A program made the position numbers and the translations under genes. Positions 46,469 to 57,877 of a stretch of DNA of 64,000 bases are shown in pieces (the stretch's first letter is position 1; every line of letters begins with the position of its first letter). Source of the stretch: Chiloscyllium plagiosum (taxonomy: Eukaryota); NCBI RefSeq assembly GCF_004010195.1, contig NC_057752.1:1805976-1869975 (forward strand), in the 5' to 3' direction. The notes under the pieces are model-generated. The model saw only the letters and a program-made list of their open reading frames with translations. It made no database searches and was not told the DNA's origin.

Positions 46469-46502
46469 TGTCGAAGTTTTTCATCTTGCACTCATCAGGA
46501 CA
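46469..46502 (-). ncRNA. Minimal hammerhead ribozyme motif, second family, slightly decayed
   Basis: Minus strand UGUC-CUGAUGA-GUGCAAGAU-GAAA-AACUUC-GACA. Perfect 4-bp stem I, intact core, UUC triplet; stem II closes with G-U instead of G-C. Confidence 0.55.
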
Positions 46503-47090
46503 AAATCACAAGAATACCACATCTCAAAGGGATTAACGATTCATACTGTAGGAGTAGAGGGTGCTGATTGGTTGGCAAGTGGATTCTGATTGGGAGCGGC
46601 ATGGTCATGGAGAATGTACCAAGGAACAGTTAGGTGCCAAGGTTTGATTTCAATTCAAACTGGGCATGTCAACTCTGATTGGTCAATGCATGACCATAAT
46701 GAATGCACCAGGGAAAAGCAGAGCCTCTTATTTTGTTTAATAGGACAACGCTCAATGAGCCTTACTGTTTGTAAAGCCCAAGACCCAACCTTGTGAATAA
46801 TGAGCACTCGTAAAGTGTGTCCCACCCCAACTAATAATCTTAAACTGATTGTTTGTAGAATTCTTAGCCAACAATCAGGATTGTTGACCAAGTGTTGTCC
46901 AAGGTGCAGGTTCAGTCAGATGAAAGGTAAATTTAGAACTGATGTTAATCTTTACACAAACATATAGATTTCTGTGTAAGACAGAAAAGGGAACTCTTGC
47001 AATCACTTAAGTATGTAGTTGGATAAGGGGAGGAGAGAGGATAGGGTAAAGAGGCTGAAAAGGCCGAGTTCCAAAGAGTTGTCACTGGAC

Positions 47091-47455
47091 ATAGAGTCAT
47101 AGAGATGTACAGCACGGAAACAGACCCTTCGGTCCAACCCATCCATGCCGACCAGATATCCCAACCCAATCTAGTTGCACCTCATAATTTTGTAAACCTC
47201 TATAAGGTCACCCCTCAGCCTCCGATGCTCCAGGGAAAACGCCCCAGTCTGTTCAGCCTCTCCCTATAGCTCAAATCCTCCAACCCTGGCAACACCCTTG
47301 TAAATCTTTTCTGTCAATCTTTCAAGTTTCACAACATCTTTCCGATAGGAAGGAGACCAGAATTGCGCACAATATTCCAACAGCAGCCTAACCAATGTCC
47401 TGTACAGCCGCAACATGACCTCCCAACTCCTGCACTCAGTACTCTGACCAATAAA
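47091..47455 (-). mobile_element. CR1 (HER1-like) 3' fragment with internal deletion
   Basis: VMLRLYRTLVR.LLEYC.QFWSPSYRKDV.KLER and tail ATAGAGTCATAGAG. Confidence 0.85.
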
Positions 47456-48364
47456 CATTCACTCTGTTCCTCTCTCCATAGATGCTGCCAGACCCGCTGA
47501 GTTTCTCCAGCATTCTCCATTTACCTGCAGGATTTTGCTTTTATTGGAGAGAGGGGTTTCCTGGTCTGATGCTCTACCATCTTGGGCGCAATGGGACTGT
47601 CAGCTTGGGAGTGGCCTCCTTCAATCACACTTTGTCTCCAGCCCTCCTGTGACATCAGTGGCGATGTTGGCAATGGTGGTGTGCGGGTGCAAACCTGGTC
47701 AGGAAGGTCAGCAGAATCCGACTTAACTGGATGCCAAGCTAAGTCTTGGTTTTTACATCACCCATAGCTGGACTTATGGCAGAATAATGCACAGGACTTT
47801 GGCCATTGTGTCTTTTACTGATTATTTACACCAAAAGGAATATGATGGAAGTGACATTTTAACTTTATCTTTCAAATTTAAACCAGACTCTCTTGATGAA
47901 ACAAACGGCAAATTTTAATCTGGTTTTCTTTATCAGTATCCATGTATACTCTACTATTTGAAGTCACAGTGGAGATATGGTTGACAAGGGAAATTACCGT
48001 ATCATTCTGGTGGCTTTCCCAAGTGCGAATCAATTGGAAAATGACTTTGAGCAGTTTACAAGCCAGAACCCACTTCCTCTTTATGTGCTGCAGAACTGGG
48101 GTTGAAGGCCAGCTTGAACACATGCTGGTTTCTCATAATTTCCAACTGCTGTTCAGGATGTGGAACTACTCAGTGCTGCACCCACTTCAAGGTGTAAGCC
48201 ACGTGAAGAAAATGGAGCTATGAAAGTAGTTCCCATGTTAACATTTACCCATTATCAAGTGCCACAGACAAAATGTACTTGGCTTTGCAAACATAGACCA
48301 GGAGAAATAGTCTTGACTTGTACTCTCTGATTTGTACATATGCGAAATCAAATTTGTTTCCTTT

Positions 48365-49440
48365 AATTCATTTGTGGGATGTGGGCGTCGCTGGCTGGAC
48401 CCAGTATTTATTGCCCCGTCCCTAGTTGCCCCCCTTGAGAAGGTGGGGGTGAGCTACCTTCTTGAACCTCTGCAGTCCACCTGTTCTGGGTTGACCCACA
48501 ATGCCCTCAGGGAGGGAATTTCAGGATTTTGACCCAGTGACCCTGGAGGAATGGCGATATATTTCCAAGTCAGGGTGGTGAGTGGCTTGGAGGGGAGATG
48601 GTGTTTCCATATATCTGCTGTTTGTTTTAATAGTACAATCACCCATTAAAAATAAACAGGCTAATTCCTTTCAAATGACCCTGGAGGGGTGGTGTTGTTG
48701 AGCTGTTGTCTGTAGTCAATGTTCTGGAGGAGAACTCACAATGCCCTGAGGGAGGGAATTCCAGGATTTTGTCCCAGTGATGCTAAAGGAACAGTGATAT
48801 ATTTCCAGGATGGTGAGTGGCTTGGAGGGGAATGTGCAGCTGGTATGGTGTTCCTATTGGACTAGCGTTGATCCCCTGATTTGATGGTAAGGGTCGAGTG
48901 GAGAATACACCTGGACATAAAGTTACAGATTGTGATTGAATGCAATTCTGCTGCTGATGGTGGCTCATAGCATCTCACGATGGCCCAATTATTAGTTTCC
49001 AGATCTGTTCAAAATCTATCCCATTTATCTTGGTGGGCATGCTTAGTGTGAAGACAGGACTTTGTCATAACAAAAGCTGTACAGCAATCACTCCTACTTA
49101 TACTGTTGTGGACAGATGCATCTACAACAGATAGATTGGTGAGGACAATGTCCAGTTGGTTTTCCCTTTAGTCATGGGACTTTATTGCCTGTCTCCAGTA
49201 CCAATTTATCATCAAGGTGGCACAGAATGGTGGGCAGGAATCAGTTGGAGACTTCCTTCCCCATATTCGACCTAACCCTTCATGAGCTTCAGAGTCAATG
49301 TTGAGGGCTCCCAGGCAATTCTCTCCCAACTGTGCCACCGCAACTGCTGGGTCTGTCCTGCTGGTGGGACAGGACATATCCAGGGATAGGGATATACTCA
49401 CTGAAACACACTTTACAATGTTGCTTGACTCGTCTGAGGG
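48365..49440 (-). mobile_element. Decayed pieces of the LINE family at 2127-5126 (3' end and endonuclease region)
   Basis: TTTATTGCCCCGTCCCTAGTTGCCC tail. CTGCTGGGTCTGTCCTGCTGGTGGGACAGGACATATCC is the reverse complement of the EN segment at about 2695-2735. Confidence 0.7.
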
Positions 49441-50769
49441 ACCCTTGATGGTGTTAAGTTTCGAGGATGACCCATGGTTCCTATCCAAAGTAGGCCTGTT
49501 TCGTTTGTAAGCCGACAGAATGGATGCTGACTCTCATGTTTCTCATTCCTTAGCAGCCATTAAAGCTGCTGGACCCTGTTGTATCCTTGCCAATTATCCC
49601 CACATAGCACAATCTGCTCTCCTGGTTAGCCATCCAGAGCAGGAACTCTGATTGATTTCCCATTTCCCAGCCTAGCAATACTACCAGCTTAATCAGGACA
49701 ATTAGCTCCTGTCTTTAATAATGTAACCAGCTAACCTAAAACTGCTTGATTGAATCTAGCGCAGAGAATTCACCACATACCTTTAAGCTAAATAGTCATA
49801 GTTGTCTTCAGCAGCTGAAGAAATACTCTCATAAAACAGCGCAATTTTAAGAGCAAAATGAAAACAGATTGTGTTTTACCCACAGTGGGACAAAACCAGC
49901 CAGCGTGTGCTGTTATCTTCACAATGGGGATAAGTACCATAACATCCAGAGAGAAATAGCCTACACTTGGAGTGAGCCAGTAGCAATACTTTTTTCAAAA
50001 ATATGCAATTCTGATTAATTTGAGCTGCAATTAAATCAGAATTTATGAAGGTTTAAACGGTAACCAGTATCAGGAACATTACTACCACCTACAGAAGTTA
50101 CCATCAGCGGATTTTGGAGATATTATCGAGATTAATACGAGGACTTGGGAAATTAGCATGTCCCTTTTCGGAAATCTCACACGAATCGCTCTCGGATTGG
50201 GAGGCGCAGGGAGCCCTGGATTTCAGGCCTGTGACTTCATCGTAATATCGTGGGAAGAGCCTGAAGCCGGGTTAATGCCCCGGTTTCCAGGCAGTTAAAC
50301 AGGTGAATCGCGGGGCTCTCAGGGAGTCCACGACTGCTTTCGGGTGGAGAGCCGGCAGTTCGGGTCAGGAGGAGATCAATGCTGGAAAGGTTTGGAGGTT
50401 GAAGTTAGGAGTGAACTCTGGGGTCTCAGCGATGGAGATTTGCTCGTTTTCACATGTGTGGTGTTTAGCTCTGGTTTCCCCAGAGCTCATCAGCTCAGAC
50501 CCTCACTACCTCATAGAAAATCGAAATTATAGCAAGGGCCAGAGGCAGGTGGAAGACACTCATTTGTATATGCAAATGGACTAACATCCGCTTCAGTGTG
50601 GGTGAAGGATGCCCCTGGTTTATCAAGATGGTATCTGAACAGCTCAGGCCATTCCAGTGCCCAAACAGCATCCTTGGCATCCAAACTGATCCCAATCGTG
50701 CTGTTCACTTTGTGGTACAGACCAGCTTCTCCCCACTGCTATTCCACCCGACCCTCACAAACGTCGCGG

Positions 50770-52974
50770 TCAGACACCAGTTCCGAATAACCTGCTCCAC
50801 TCCATGTACAGCTTGAGTTCCTTTTGCGAAACGCTGGGCTGAACTTTGCAAAGAGCGTTTTCAAAGTCCTTGTAGGTGGTAGGCTGTAATGGTGCGGTCA
50901 GACTGTGCCCCGGTCCTAATGCTGCCTGTTGACAGAGCTGGATCAGGTCACTCCCAGAATACCCCTCTGTGTGCTCAACAATGGAGCTAATTTCCCCATC
51001 ACTGAGGCAGTGGTCTTGTTGAGACAAACCACAGATTAAAATTTGACGCCTTGCAATGTTGTCGGGCGGAGAGATGTAAAGTCGCTTTACAAAGTACCTG
51101 TGTATGGTCTCCTCTATATCATCTGGATGCCTGGTACCTCCAATGACGATAATATGGTCACTGCTCGAGTTCATCACACCTTCCACGTGAGACAAGAGTT
51201 TGGCTTTAATGGAGCTTAGATGGTTACTCTCTTCACCCGCTGTGTTAGAGAGCATGGCATCGAGCTCATTTATAAAGATAACAGATGGCTGGCGGGATCG
51301 GGCAATGAGAAACATAGTCTGCAAGATCATCTCTCCATCTCCCTTCCACTTGGAGATGAAAGCTGACCCACTGACCTTGAGGAAGGTCGCCCCGAGACAG
51401 GAGGCAATACACCTTGTGAGCATTGTTTTACGCCCACCGCGAGGGCCGAACAGCAAGATGCTTTTGGGTGGTCCGTTTCCACCGCTGTACGCACCAGGCC
51501 TCATCAGGGGCCACAACACGTGCTCTTCAATCACTGCTTTCGCAGTATCCAGCCCAGCAACATCACCCCAGTGGACTGGAGGACCACAGTCAACAATTTC
51601 ATTTGTTACAAGGTTTAAAAGCTGGGAATCTAGGTTCTTCAACTGCTCCTCTAACCCACTACTTGCCAGAACCGGTTCGGCTCGCTGGAGCTGAAGCTGG
51701 TGACTAAATATGAGGCCACGGTCATTGGCCATTTCTCGATTTATTAATGTAGGGGTGAATTTCACAAGCGCCTCAGTTGATCTTGATTGCAGCGCATGTT
51801 TGTCACGGCTGTAGGGTGGAGGCATCATTCCTTTGCTTTCCTGGCCAATGTATTTACCAATAAGGTCATCCACAACTCCTTGTTTCCCCTTCAATTCGAC
51901 AGGTAATGCCTCATCATTTCTGCCGAAGCCATTACCTTTCGGGTCATCAGGAACTACATCAGCTGGCAACTGGTAAGAACCTGAAGTAGTCCTTTGTTGT
52001 CCGTAACTGTACCTTCTGTATCGACCAGTACTCTCAGGCTCCTTCGCTGCTGCGGCTTTTCTCGAACCATTGTTGACGGGCGACACCGAGTCAGGAGTCA
52101 CCTTGTGGCTTTGGTAATCATAGCCAGAGACGGTGGAAGGTCGTGCTGAGGGGGGAAGAGGGAAAGGAGCCGGAATGCCTGAGGGGACGTACGAAGATGG
52201 GAGATGTGCTCCAGCATAACCAGGGCCCATGCTTGGTTGGCATGGGTAACTATTTGAAGGGTACGTGTGCAGTGGGCTTGCTCCAGCTAAAGTTGACCTG
52301 TAAGACGGGACTATAGTGGGTGTGGGGTGCACTGGCTGCAGAAGGCTCGAGCTAGTTAAAGGTGAGGAATAAGAGGAAGGGGCTGCCAATGATGTTTGGC
52401 TGCAGTAACCTGAGGGTAAGTAAGTACCATTGTAACCTGATGAATATTCTGGAGATGTTCCAACTGGGACAAGGCTCGATTGATGACTCGGGAGAGTGGT
52501 GGGACCACATACATGACGTGGATAGCGAGATTCAGAGTGACTATTGGTTACGACAGAGGAGCCACTTATCCCTACACCGCCATCAACTGGTTGGAGAGTG
52601 GAATTAGTTCCTGTTCTACTGCCAGAAAGGCCCTCATGGATAGAGTTTACAGAATATGCATCATCTACACTCAGTGACATTTGCCAGGTATCATTTTCAT
52701 TCTTTTGTTCATGAACTGGCCCAAAAGATGCCTCTGCGTAAGCATTTAGCTCAGGTCTCTCACAGGAAGAGTTCACAAGCCCAGAGTATTTCTCTGCAAA
52801 CTTCTTGAGCAGATTAGAGGCAGACAGTGCAGAAATGTCATCATTCGCCCACACATGCTGGTGACGTTGCTGGCTGAGATTGTTATCGTCTGGTTTGGGT
52901 GCTGGAGAGGACGTCGTAAATGAGATGTCGAGGTACTGCTCTGGCTTCTGGGCATGCTCCGGTGTCCAATGCAT
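50770..52974 (-). CDS. FIGNL2: Fidgetin-like protein 2 (fidgetin-family AAA+ protein), single large coding exon, 734 aa from MHWTPEHAQ
   Basis: N-terminus MHWTPEHAQ...WANDDISALSASNLLKKFAEKYSG, Pro/Ser/Tyr-rich middle, C-terminal AAA domain (WGDVAGL, GPRGGRKT, SKW.G.GE, YKDFENAL.KV.PSVS.KEL). MHW start, ERP...Y.EASF, CQQAA and the GTGV end favour FIGNL2 over FIGN. Confidence 0.88.
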   Translation of the reverse strand: MHWTPEHAQKPEQYLDISFTTSSPAPKPDDNNLSQQRHQHVWANDDISALSASNLLKKFAEKYSGLVNSSCERPELNAYAEASFGPVHEQKNENDTWQMSLSVDDAYSVNSIHEGLSGSRTGTNSTLQPVDGGVGISGSSVVTNSHSESRYPRHVCGPTTLPSHQSSLVPVGTSPEYSSGYNGTYLPSGYCSQTSLAAPSSYSSPLTSSSLLQPVHPTPTIVPSYRSTLAGASPLHTYPSNSYPCQPSMGPGYAGAHLPSSYVPSGIPAPFPLPPSARPSTVSGYDYQSHKVTPDSVSPVNNGSRKAAAAKEPESTGRYRRYSYGQQRTTSGSYQLPADVVPDDPKGNGFGRNDEALPVELKGKQGVVDDLIGKYIGQESKGMMPPPYSRDKHALQSRSTEALVKFTPTLINREMANDRGLIFSHQLQLQRAEPVLASSGLEEQLKNLDSQLLNLVTNEIVDCGPPVHWGDVAGLDTAKAVIEEHVLWPLMRPGAYSGGNGPPKSILLFGPRGGRKTMLTRCIASCLGATFLKVSGSAFISKWKGDGEMILQTMFLIARSRQPSVIFINELDAMLSNTAGEESNHLSSIKAKLLSHVEGVMNSSSDHIIVIGGTRHPDDIEETIHRYFVKRLYISPPDNIARRQILICGLSQQDHCLSDGEISSIVEHTEGYSGSDLIQLCQQAALGPGHSLTAPLQPTTYKDFENALCKVQPSVSQKELKLYMEWSRLFGTGV

Positions 52975-52985
52975 TTTCCACAGGT

Positions 52986-53005
52986 CTGAAAGACAACAAA
53001 AGACA
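52986..53005 (-). promoter_or_regulatory. Splice acceptor of the FIGNL2 coding exon (exon starts 52985)
   Basis: TGTCTTTTGTTGTCTTTCAG|ACCTGTGGAAAATG, 11 nt before the ATG; the same layout as recalled for FIGN/FIGNL2. Confidence 0.8.
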
Positions 53006-53556
53006 TTGTGACTGGGAGCTTCAAAGAGCAGAGCATTCAATTGGAACTGCCAGGTTATCCAGTTGCCTGACTGTCAGAGTTGGATGTCCCTAGGTACTTG
53101 CTTTACCCTGAATATGAAACTCCTTGGGTACTACCGATCAGGCACAGGAGCACACAGTTTCAGATATGAGCGCTATTTCGAGATGGAGGTGTTGTTCTCT
53201 CAATGTTCAGTGGCCAACCATCTACCTCACAGGGAACTGAATGACTACCGACAAGGAGAGTCCCAAATTAAGTTCAGCTAAGGGCAGGGCAGGTTATGAC
53301 ATGCAATGCACAATCTATTTACTCGACTTACATTTCCCTACGCTTTCTATCGATATAATTCAAAGGGTTTGGGGAGAAAATGGGAACAGGAGACTGAGTT
53401 AGATGACCAGCTATGACCGTGTTGAATGGTGGAATAGGCTCGAAAGGCCGAATGGCCAACTTCTGCTCCGAAGGCCCATAAGATATATGGCTGACATGTT
53501 TCGCAAAGCCATTCTCCCACCTTCTCCCTGTTCACCCTCGATCCCCTTTTCAATTA

Positions 53557-53745
53557 GGTGAAAGTGAGGACTGCAGATGCTGGAGATTAGAGTCGAGAGT
53601 GTGGCGCTGGAAAAGCACAGCAGGCCAGGAAGCATCCGAGGAGCAGGAGAATCCCCCTACAAGGGCTTTTGCCCGAAACGTCAATTCTCCTGCTCCTTGA
53701 ATGCTACCTAACCTGCTGTACTTTTCCAGCAACACAGTCTCGACC
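53557..53745. mobile_element. Palindromic Penelope-type element with a truncated hammerhead (stem II plus GAAACGTC, CUGAUG missing)
   Basis: Inverted arms around AAGGGCTTTTGCCCGAAACGTC. Confidence 0.65.
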
Positions 53746-53945
53746 TCTTTGGAATTAGCAACTTATCTATCGTTGTCTTAAAAACTATTTTTTTCTGCTT
53801 GAGTGTTATAATGTACCAAGACAGGGCTCATTGCTTGCAAAATATTCCGTTCAAAGGCCTAAGCTGATTGATTTTCAAAGTAACTGGCTCAGGGTCTAGG
53901 CTCTGGATTAGTGGTGCTGGAAAAGCACAGCAGTTCAGGCAGTAA

Positions 53946-53981
53946 AATCGATGTTTTGGGCAAAAGCCCTTCATCAGGAAT
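53946..53981 (-). pseudogene. Decayed hammerhead motif (GAAA to AAAA)
   Basis: ATTC-CTGATGA-A-GGGC(TTTT)GCCC-AAAA-CATC-GATT. The differences from the 9369-9406 copy include two CpG transitions. Confidence 0.6.
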
Positions 53982-54240
53982 AGAGGTATCATGCAGTAAC
54001 CATATGTATGGACTGAGATTCCCTCCCCGACTTGAACAAATATTCTTCCAAAACTCATTGTTACTTTTTACAGCAATCCACCATCTTTCATTGTTTGGTC
54101 CAGCCCACAAGCTATTTAAAGATTAACCTTGATTCCAGGACTTGGAAGTTATTCCGAATCAAATTATTTTTACAATGCAAGAAGGATCAATGCACCCTGA
54201 TATTTTTTTTATCCCAGATTAGTTTACAGTTTACTTCAGG

Positions 54241-54740
54241 NNNNNNNNNNNNNNNNNNNNNNNNNNNNNNNNNNNNNNNNNNNNNNNNNNNNNNNNNNNN
54301 NNNNNNNNNNNNNNNNNNNNNNNNNNNNNNNNNNNNNNNNNNNNNNNNNNNNNNNNNNNNNNNNNNNNNNNNNNNNNNNNNNNNNNNNNNNNNNNNNNNN
54401 NNNNNNNNNNNNNNNNNNNNNNNNNNNNNNNNNNNNNNNNNNNNNNNNNNNNNNNNNNNNNNNNNNNNNNNNNNNNNNNNNNNNNNNNNNNNNNNNNNNN
54501 NNNNNNNNNNNNNNNNNNNNNNNNNNNNNNNNNNNNNNNNNNNNNNNNNNNNNNNNNNNNNNNNNNNNNNNNNNNNNNNNNNNNNNNNNNNNNNNNNNNN
54601 NNNNNNNNNNNNNNNNNNNNNNNNNNNNNNNNNNNNNNNNNNNNNNNNNNNNNNNNNNNNNNNNNNNNNNNNNNNNNNNNNNNNNNNNNNNNNNNNNNNN
54701 NNNNNNNNNNNNNNNNNNNNNNNNNNNNNNNNNNNNNNNN
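54241..54740. other. 500-N scaffolding gap
   Basis: Exactly 500 N. Confidence 1.
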
Positions 54741-54890
54741 ACCTCTATAAGGTCACCCCTCAGCCTCCAACACTCCAGGGAAAACAGCCCCAGCCTGTTC
54801 AGCCTCTCCCTATTGCTCAATCCTCCAACCTGGCAACATCCTTGTAAATCTTTGCTGAACCCTGTCAGGTTACACAACACCTTTCCAATA
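54741..54890 (-). mobile_element. CR1 fragment abutting the gap
   Basis: ERLNRLGLFSLE..RLRGDLIE. Confidence 0.8.
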
Positions 54891-55221
54891 CTGACGCACA
54901 TTTACTTTGGACACATGGATCAGCAGGAGTCGTTAATAAAATGGCCTTCCTTTGGCTGCTGGTACAAGTCATCCAGTGGGCCAATTTAATTTGCCTGAAG
55001 CTATGTAAGACCAGTGCTTCAAGAGCCAAAAGCCGAAATCGACACAGGTTTTAATAAGGGAGAAATTAGTCAATGTGTCATCTTCCTGAAGTAGCATTCA
55101 TTGAGGAAGAATGTTGATGAGACCATGATATACCTGCCACTCTCACTGCTTGCTTTTTGATTATAAATATGATGTTTTAAACATTTTAAACATTGAAAGA
55201 CATCAACTTGCAATAAAGTTT

Positions 55222-55500
55222 GGGCGGCACAGTGGCTCAGTGTTTAGCATTGCTGCCTCACAGCACCAGGGTCCTGGGTTCATATTCCAGCCTCGGGCAA
55301 CTGTCTGGGTGGAGTTTGCACATCCTCCCCGTGTCCCACAGTCCAAATTTGGGTAGGTTAGGTTAGGTGGGTTGGCTGTGCTAAATGTAGGGTTATAGGA
55401 ATAGGGTGGGGGGTTGGGGGGGCGGTCTGGTGAGATGCTGTTCCGAGGGTCAGTGCAGACTTGATGGCCAAATGGCCTCTTTCTGCACTGAAGGGATTGT
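55222..55500 (+). mobile_element. HE1-type SINE (diverged)
   Basis: GGGCGGCACAGTGGCTCAGTGTTTAGCATTGCTGCCTCACAGC head, GGAGTTTGCACAT core. Confidence 0.8.
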
Positions 55501-56269
55501 ATGAAAACAGCATCAAAGCCAGCTATCAGGCTGATTAGACTAATATGCACCACTCTCCTGCTGCTTTCTTGTAGCCCTGCAAATTAATCCTCTCTGAGTC
55601 CTTGTCTAACTGCCTTTTGAAAATCTTTGCACGCTCTACCACTTTAAGGTCATCATTTCAGATCATGAAAGCCCTCCGTGAAAAATCGTTTTGCCATCTC
55701 GCTTTTGTTTGCCAATCATTTCAAATCAATAATGTCTGCAATTGATTGCCACTGACATGTTGCGAGCTGGAGTTCCTAATTTCAGGCGAATTCATGTCTG
55801 CAGAGAGCAGCTGTATTCAACAGCAGCAGGAGTGACAAGGAGGTGTTGGTAAAATCAACTCTTTGAACATCTTTTAGCAATGGAGCACGCATTCCAGGAA
55901 TTGAGCCAGTGAAAGAATACCAGCTGCAGAAGTTACACAAGAATAGAGAGAAAATATAGACTGCAAGAACATGTGATGTTTTTGTAAAACACAAACCCCG
56001 ATACGTGTACCATTGGCAGAGCAAAGGGCAAAATATTGCTTTTTATCACGTTTTTGTACTCGTTACACACTCAGTTTGTAGTTTGCTTCGGCTGGGTGAC
56101 CAAGATGATTTTGTAGTGTGACAGACATCGTTACATCACGTGGCACTGTCCTTTGGGTTTCAACTGAAGTGGTGGTTAGATTGTGGCCAGACCAACATAA
56201 ATATGCCAGAAAACACGTGAATATATTCTTTCAGTACTTTATTGAGGGAAGAAAGGGATGAGGAAGAAA

Positions 56270-56550
56270 GGAAGGCGCACACTTTAAATGAGCGGAATTT
56301 CAAATGGAGCTTTGCAACCACTATTCGAGCACAGGAAACATGGCAGTCAATTTGTCCACAGCAAGATCCCACAAGTAGCAATTGTATAATGACCAGGAAA
56401 TGGATCAATTTTTGTGAGGGGGTTGGAGAGAACCCGCTTGCTCTTCTTTGAGTAGTACTGCAGAGGTTTTTACGTCCACCTGAGAGGGCATTTGGTTTAA
56501 CGTGTCATCGGAAAGCCAGTACCTCGTACAGTGCAGCACTGCCTCAGCTC
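56270..56550 (-). mobile_element. Old Deu-domain SINE fragment
   Basis: Reverse complement GCAGTGCTGCACTGTACGAGG...TTTCCGATGACACGTTAAACC...CCCTCTCAGGTGGACGTAAAA. Confidence 0.65.
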
Positions 56551-57839
56551 CACACAGGCGCCATGTTATAGTTCCTCAAATGGGAGGGATGCAGGAGCCC
56601 TGTCTCTGCCAAAAGGAGGAGTTTGAAGAGGTGGCCTGGGACAAAACCATAAAGCGGGGTTTGTAATTGAGGAGCAATTGGGACGAACAGGGATGGAGTG
56701 AAGGTTGCCAATGGGAAGGAGCTAATTCTTCACATGCCTGGTCCGCCAGGCACTTTGTCAAACGCTTCTGAACACAGGCACCTTCTGTTCCTCACAGTTC
56801 CTGCCTTGTCACACTGATGTCCTTCATTCTGTAACGCCTAGATATATGGCCGTGTAGCTTTGCGCTCCCAATGCTATTTCAGGCACTTAATGGGCTCCTT
56901 ATTGCAGACCACAACTGTTTGCGAGCATTTATAGTTGCGCCTGTTTCATTTTGCAAGGCAGATGATTCCTCACTTTAGCGCATAAACTGGAAACAACAAA
57001 ACGGGCGTATAAATAGAAGGCAGATATTCTTCCAAAAGTCTTTATTAATCTACAGTCAGCCCACAAGACTTCACCCACTTCACCCTCCTACCCCCACCAA
57101 GCTCGGACTAATATTTACTGCTATCTTTTGATTTGCCCTCTTTGAGCTTTGAATGTATGCTACCTTTCGAACTTTCGTGTCATGTCCCTGGTGTAGATTT
57201 TAACATAACAGCCAGTTTCATGAGGCCCACAAGGCACGGAGTGTGCAATTCATTTTGAGAAAAGACCGCACACAGAAATTGGAAACGTTTTGCGATCTAC
57301 TGTGCCATTTTGAGCAAGGGTTTGTGAGACTCGGGTCCTGGGTTTTCAGCAGTAAGATGCAACTCGTCGGCTAAGTTTCTGCAATCTTATAGTCACGGAG
57401 GTCGACAGCAGTAAAAAAGTACCCTTCAGCCCATTGAGCCTGTGCCAGTCAAAAACAAGTTCCAAACTATTCTAATCCCATTTTTCAGCAGTCTTTCATC
57501 ACTCTTTTCCTCCAAGGCGATCAGCCAGTGAGGCTGAAAGAATAAACTGCAACAATATCTTCAAATGACAAAGCACAGCAGGTGGACTCTGATACCCACA
57601 TGAAAAATAGTGGAGAGGAATTGTGAATTGACACTGCTGATGTTTATTTCCAAAGTCATTGATGATGACAGCCCTAAGGGTCAAAAATGAACATCATGTG
57701 TTCCCAAGGATAAATATTTTCTTGTTTTAAAAAAAAAATCAAGTTGCCTCTTGGGACAAGAACTTGGACCTTCTAGCCGAGAGAAAGAGACTCGACCACA
57801 GCAGCCTTTCAATGCCCCCTCGAAAATGAGAGGGATTCA

Positions 57840-57877
57840 CCAAGGCCTGGTACCTTAGACCACTTGGCCATTCTCAC
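57840..57877 (-). pseudogene. 5' fragment resembling tRNA-Leu (acceptor and D arm only)
   Basis: GTGAGAATGGCCAAGTGGTCTAAGGTACCAG versus recalled tRNA-Leu GTCAGGATGGCCGAGTGGTCTAAGGCGCCAG. No T-arm found. Confidence 0.35.

Noticed and set aside
51200..52677. Plus-strand ORFs overlapping FIGNL2
   Set aside because: Antisense shadows of a real coding exon, with no recognisable domains.
52975..53040. N-terminal extension MNALLFEAPSHNVFCCLSDLWK in the 756-aa ORF
   Set aside because: It runs through a clear polypyrimidine tract and AG at 52987-52986, and homology starts at MHWTPEHAQ. At most the last few residues (xLWK) could be coding via an upstream exon.
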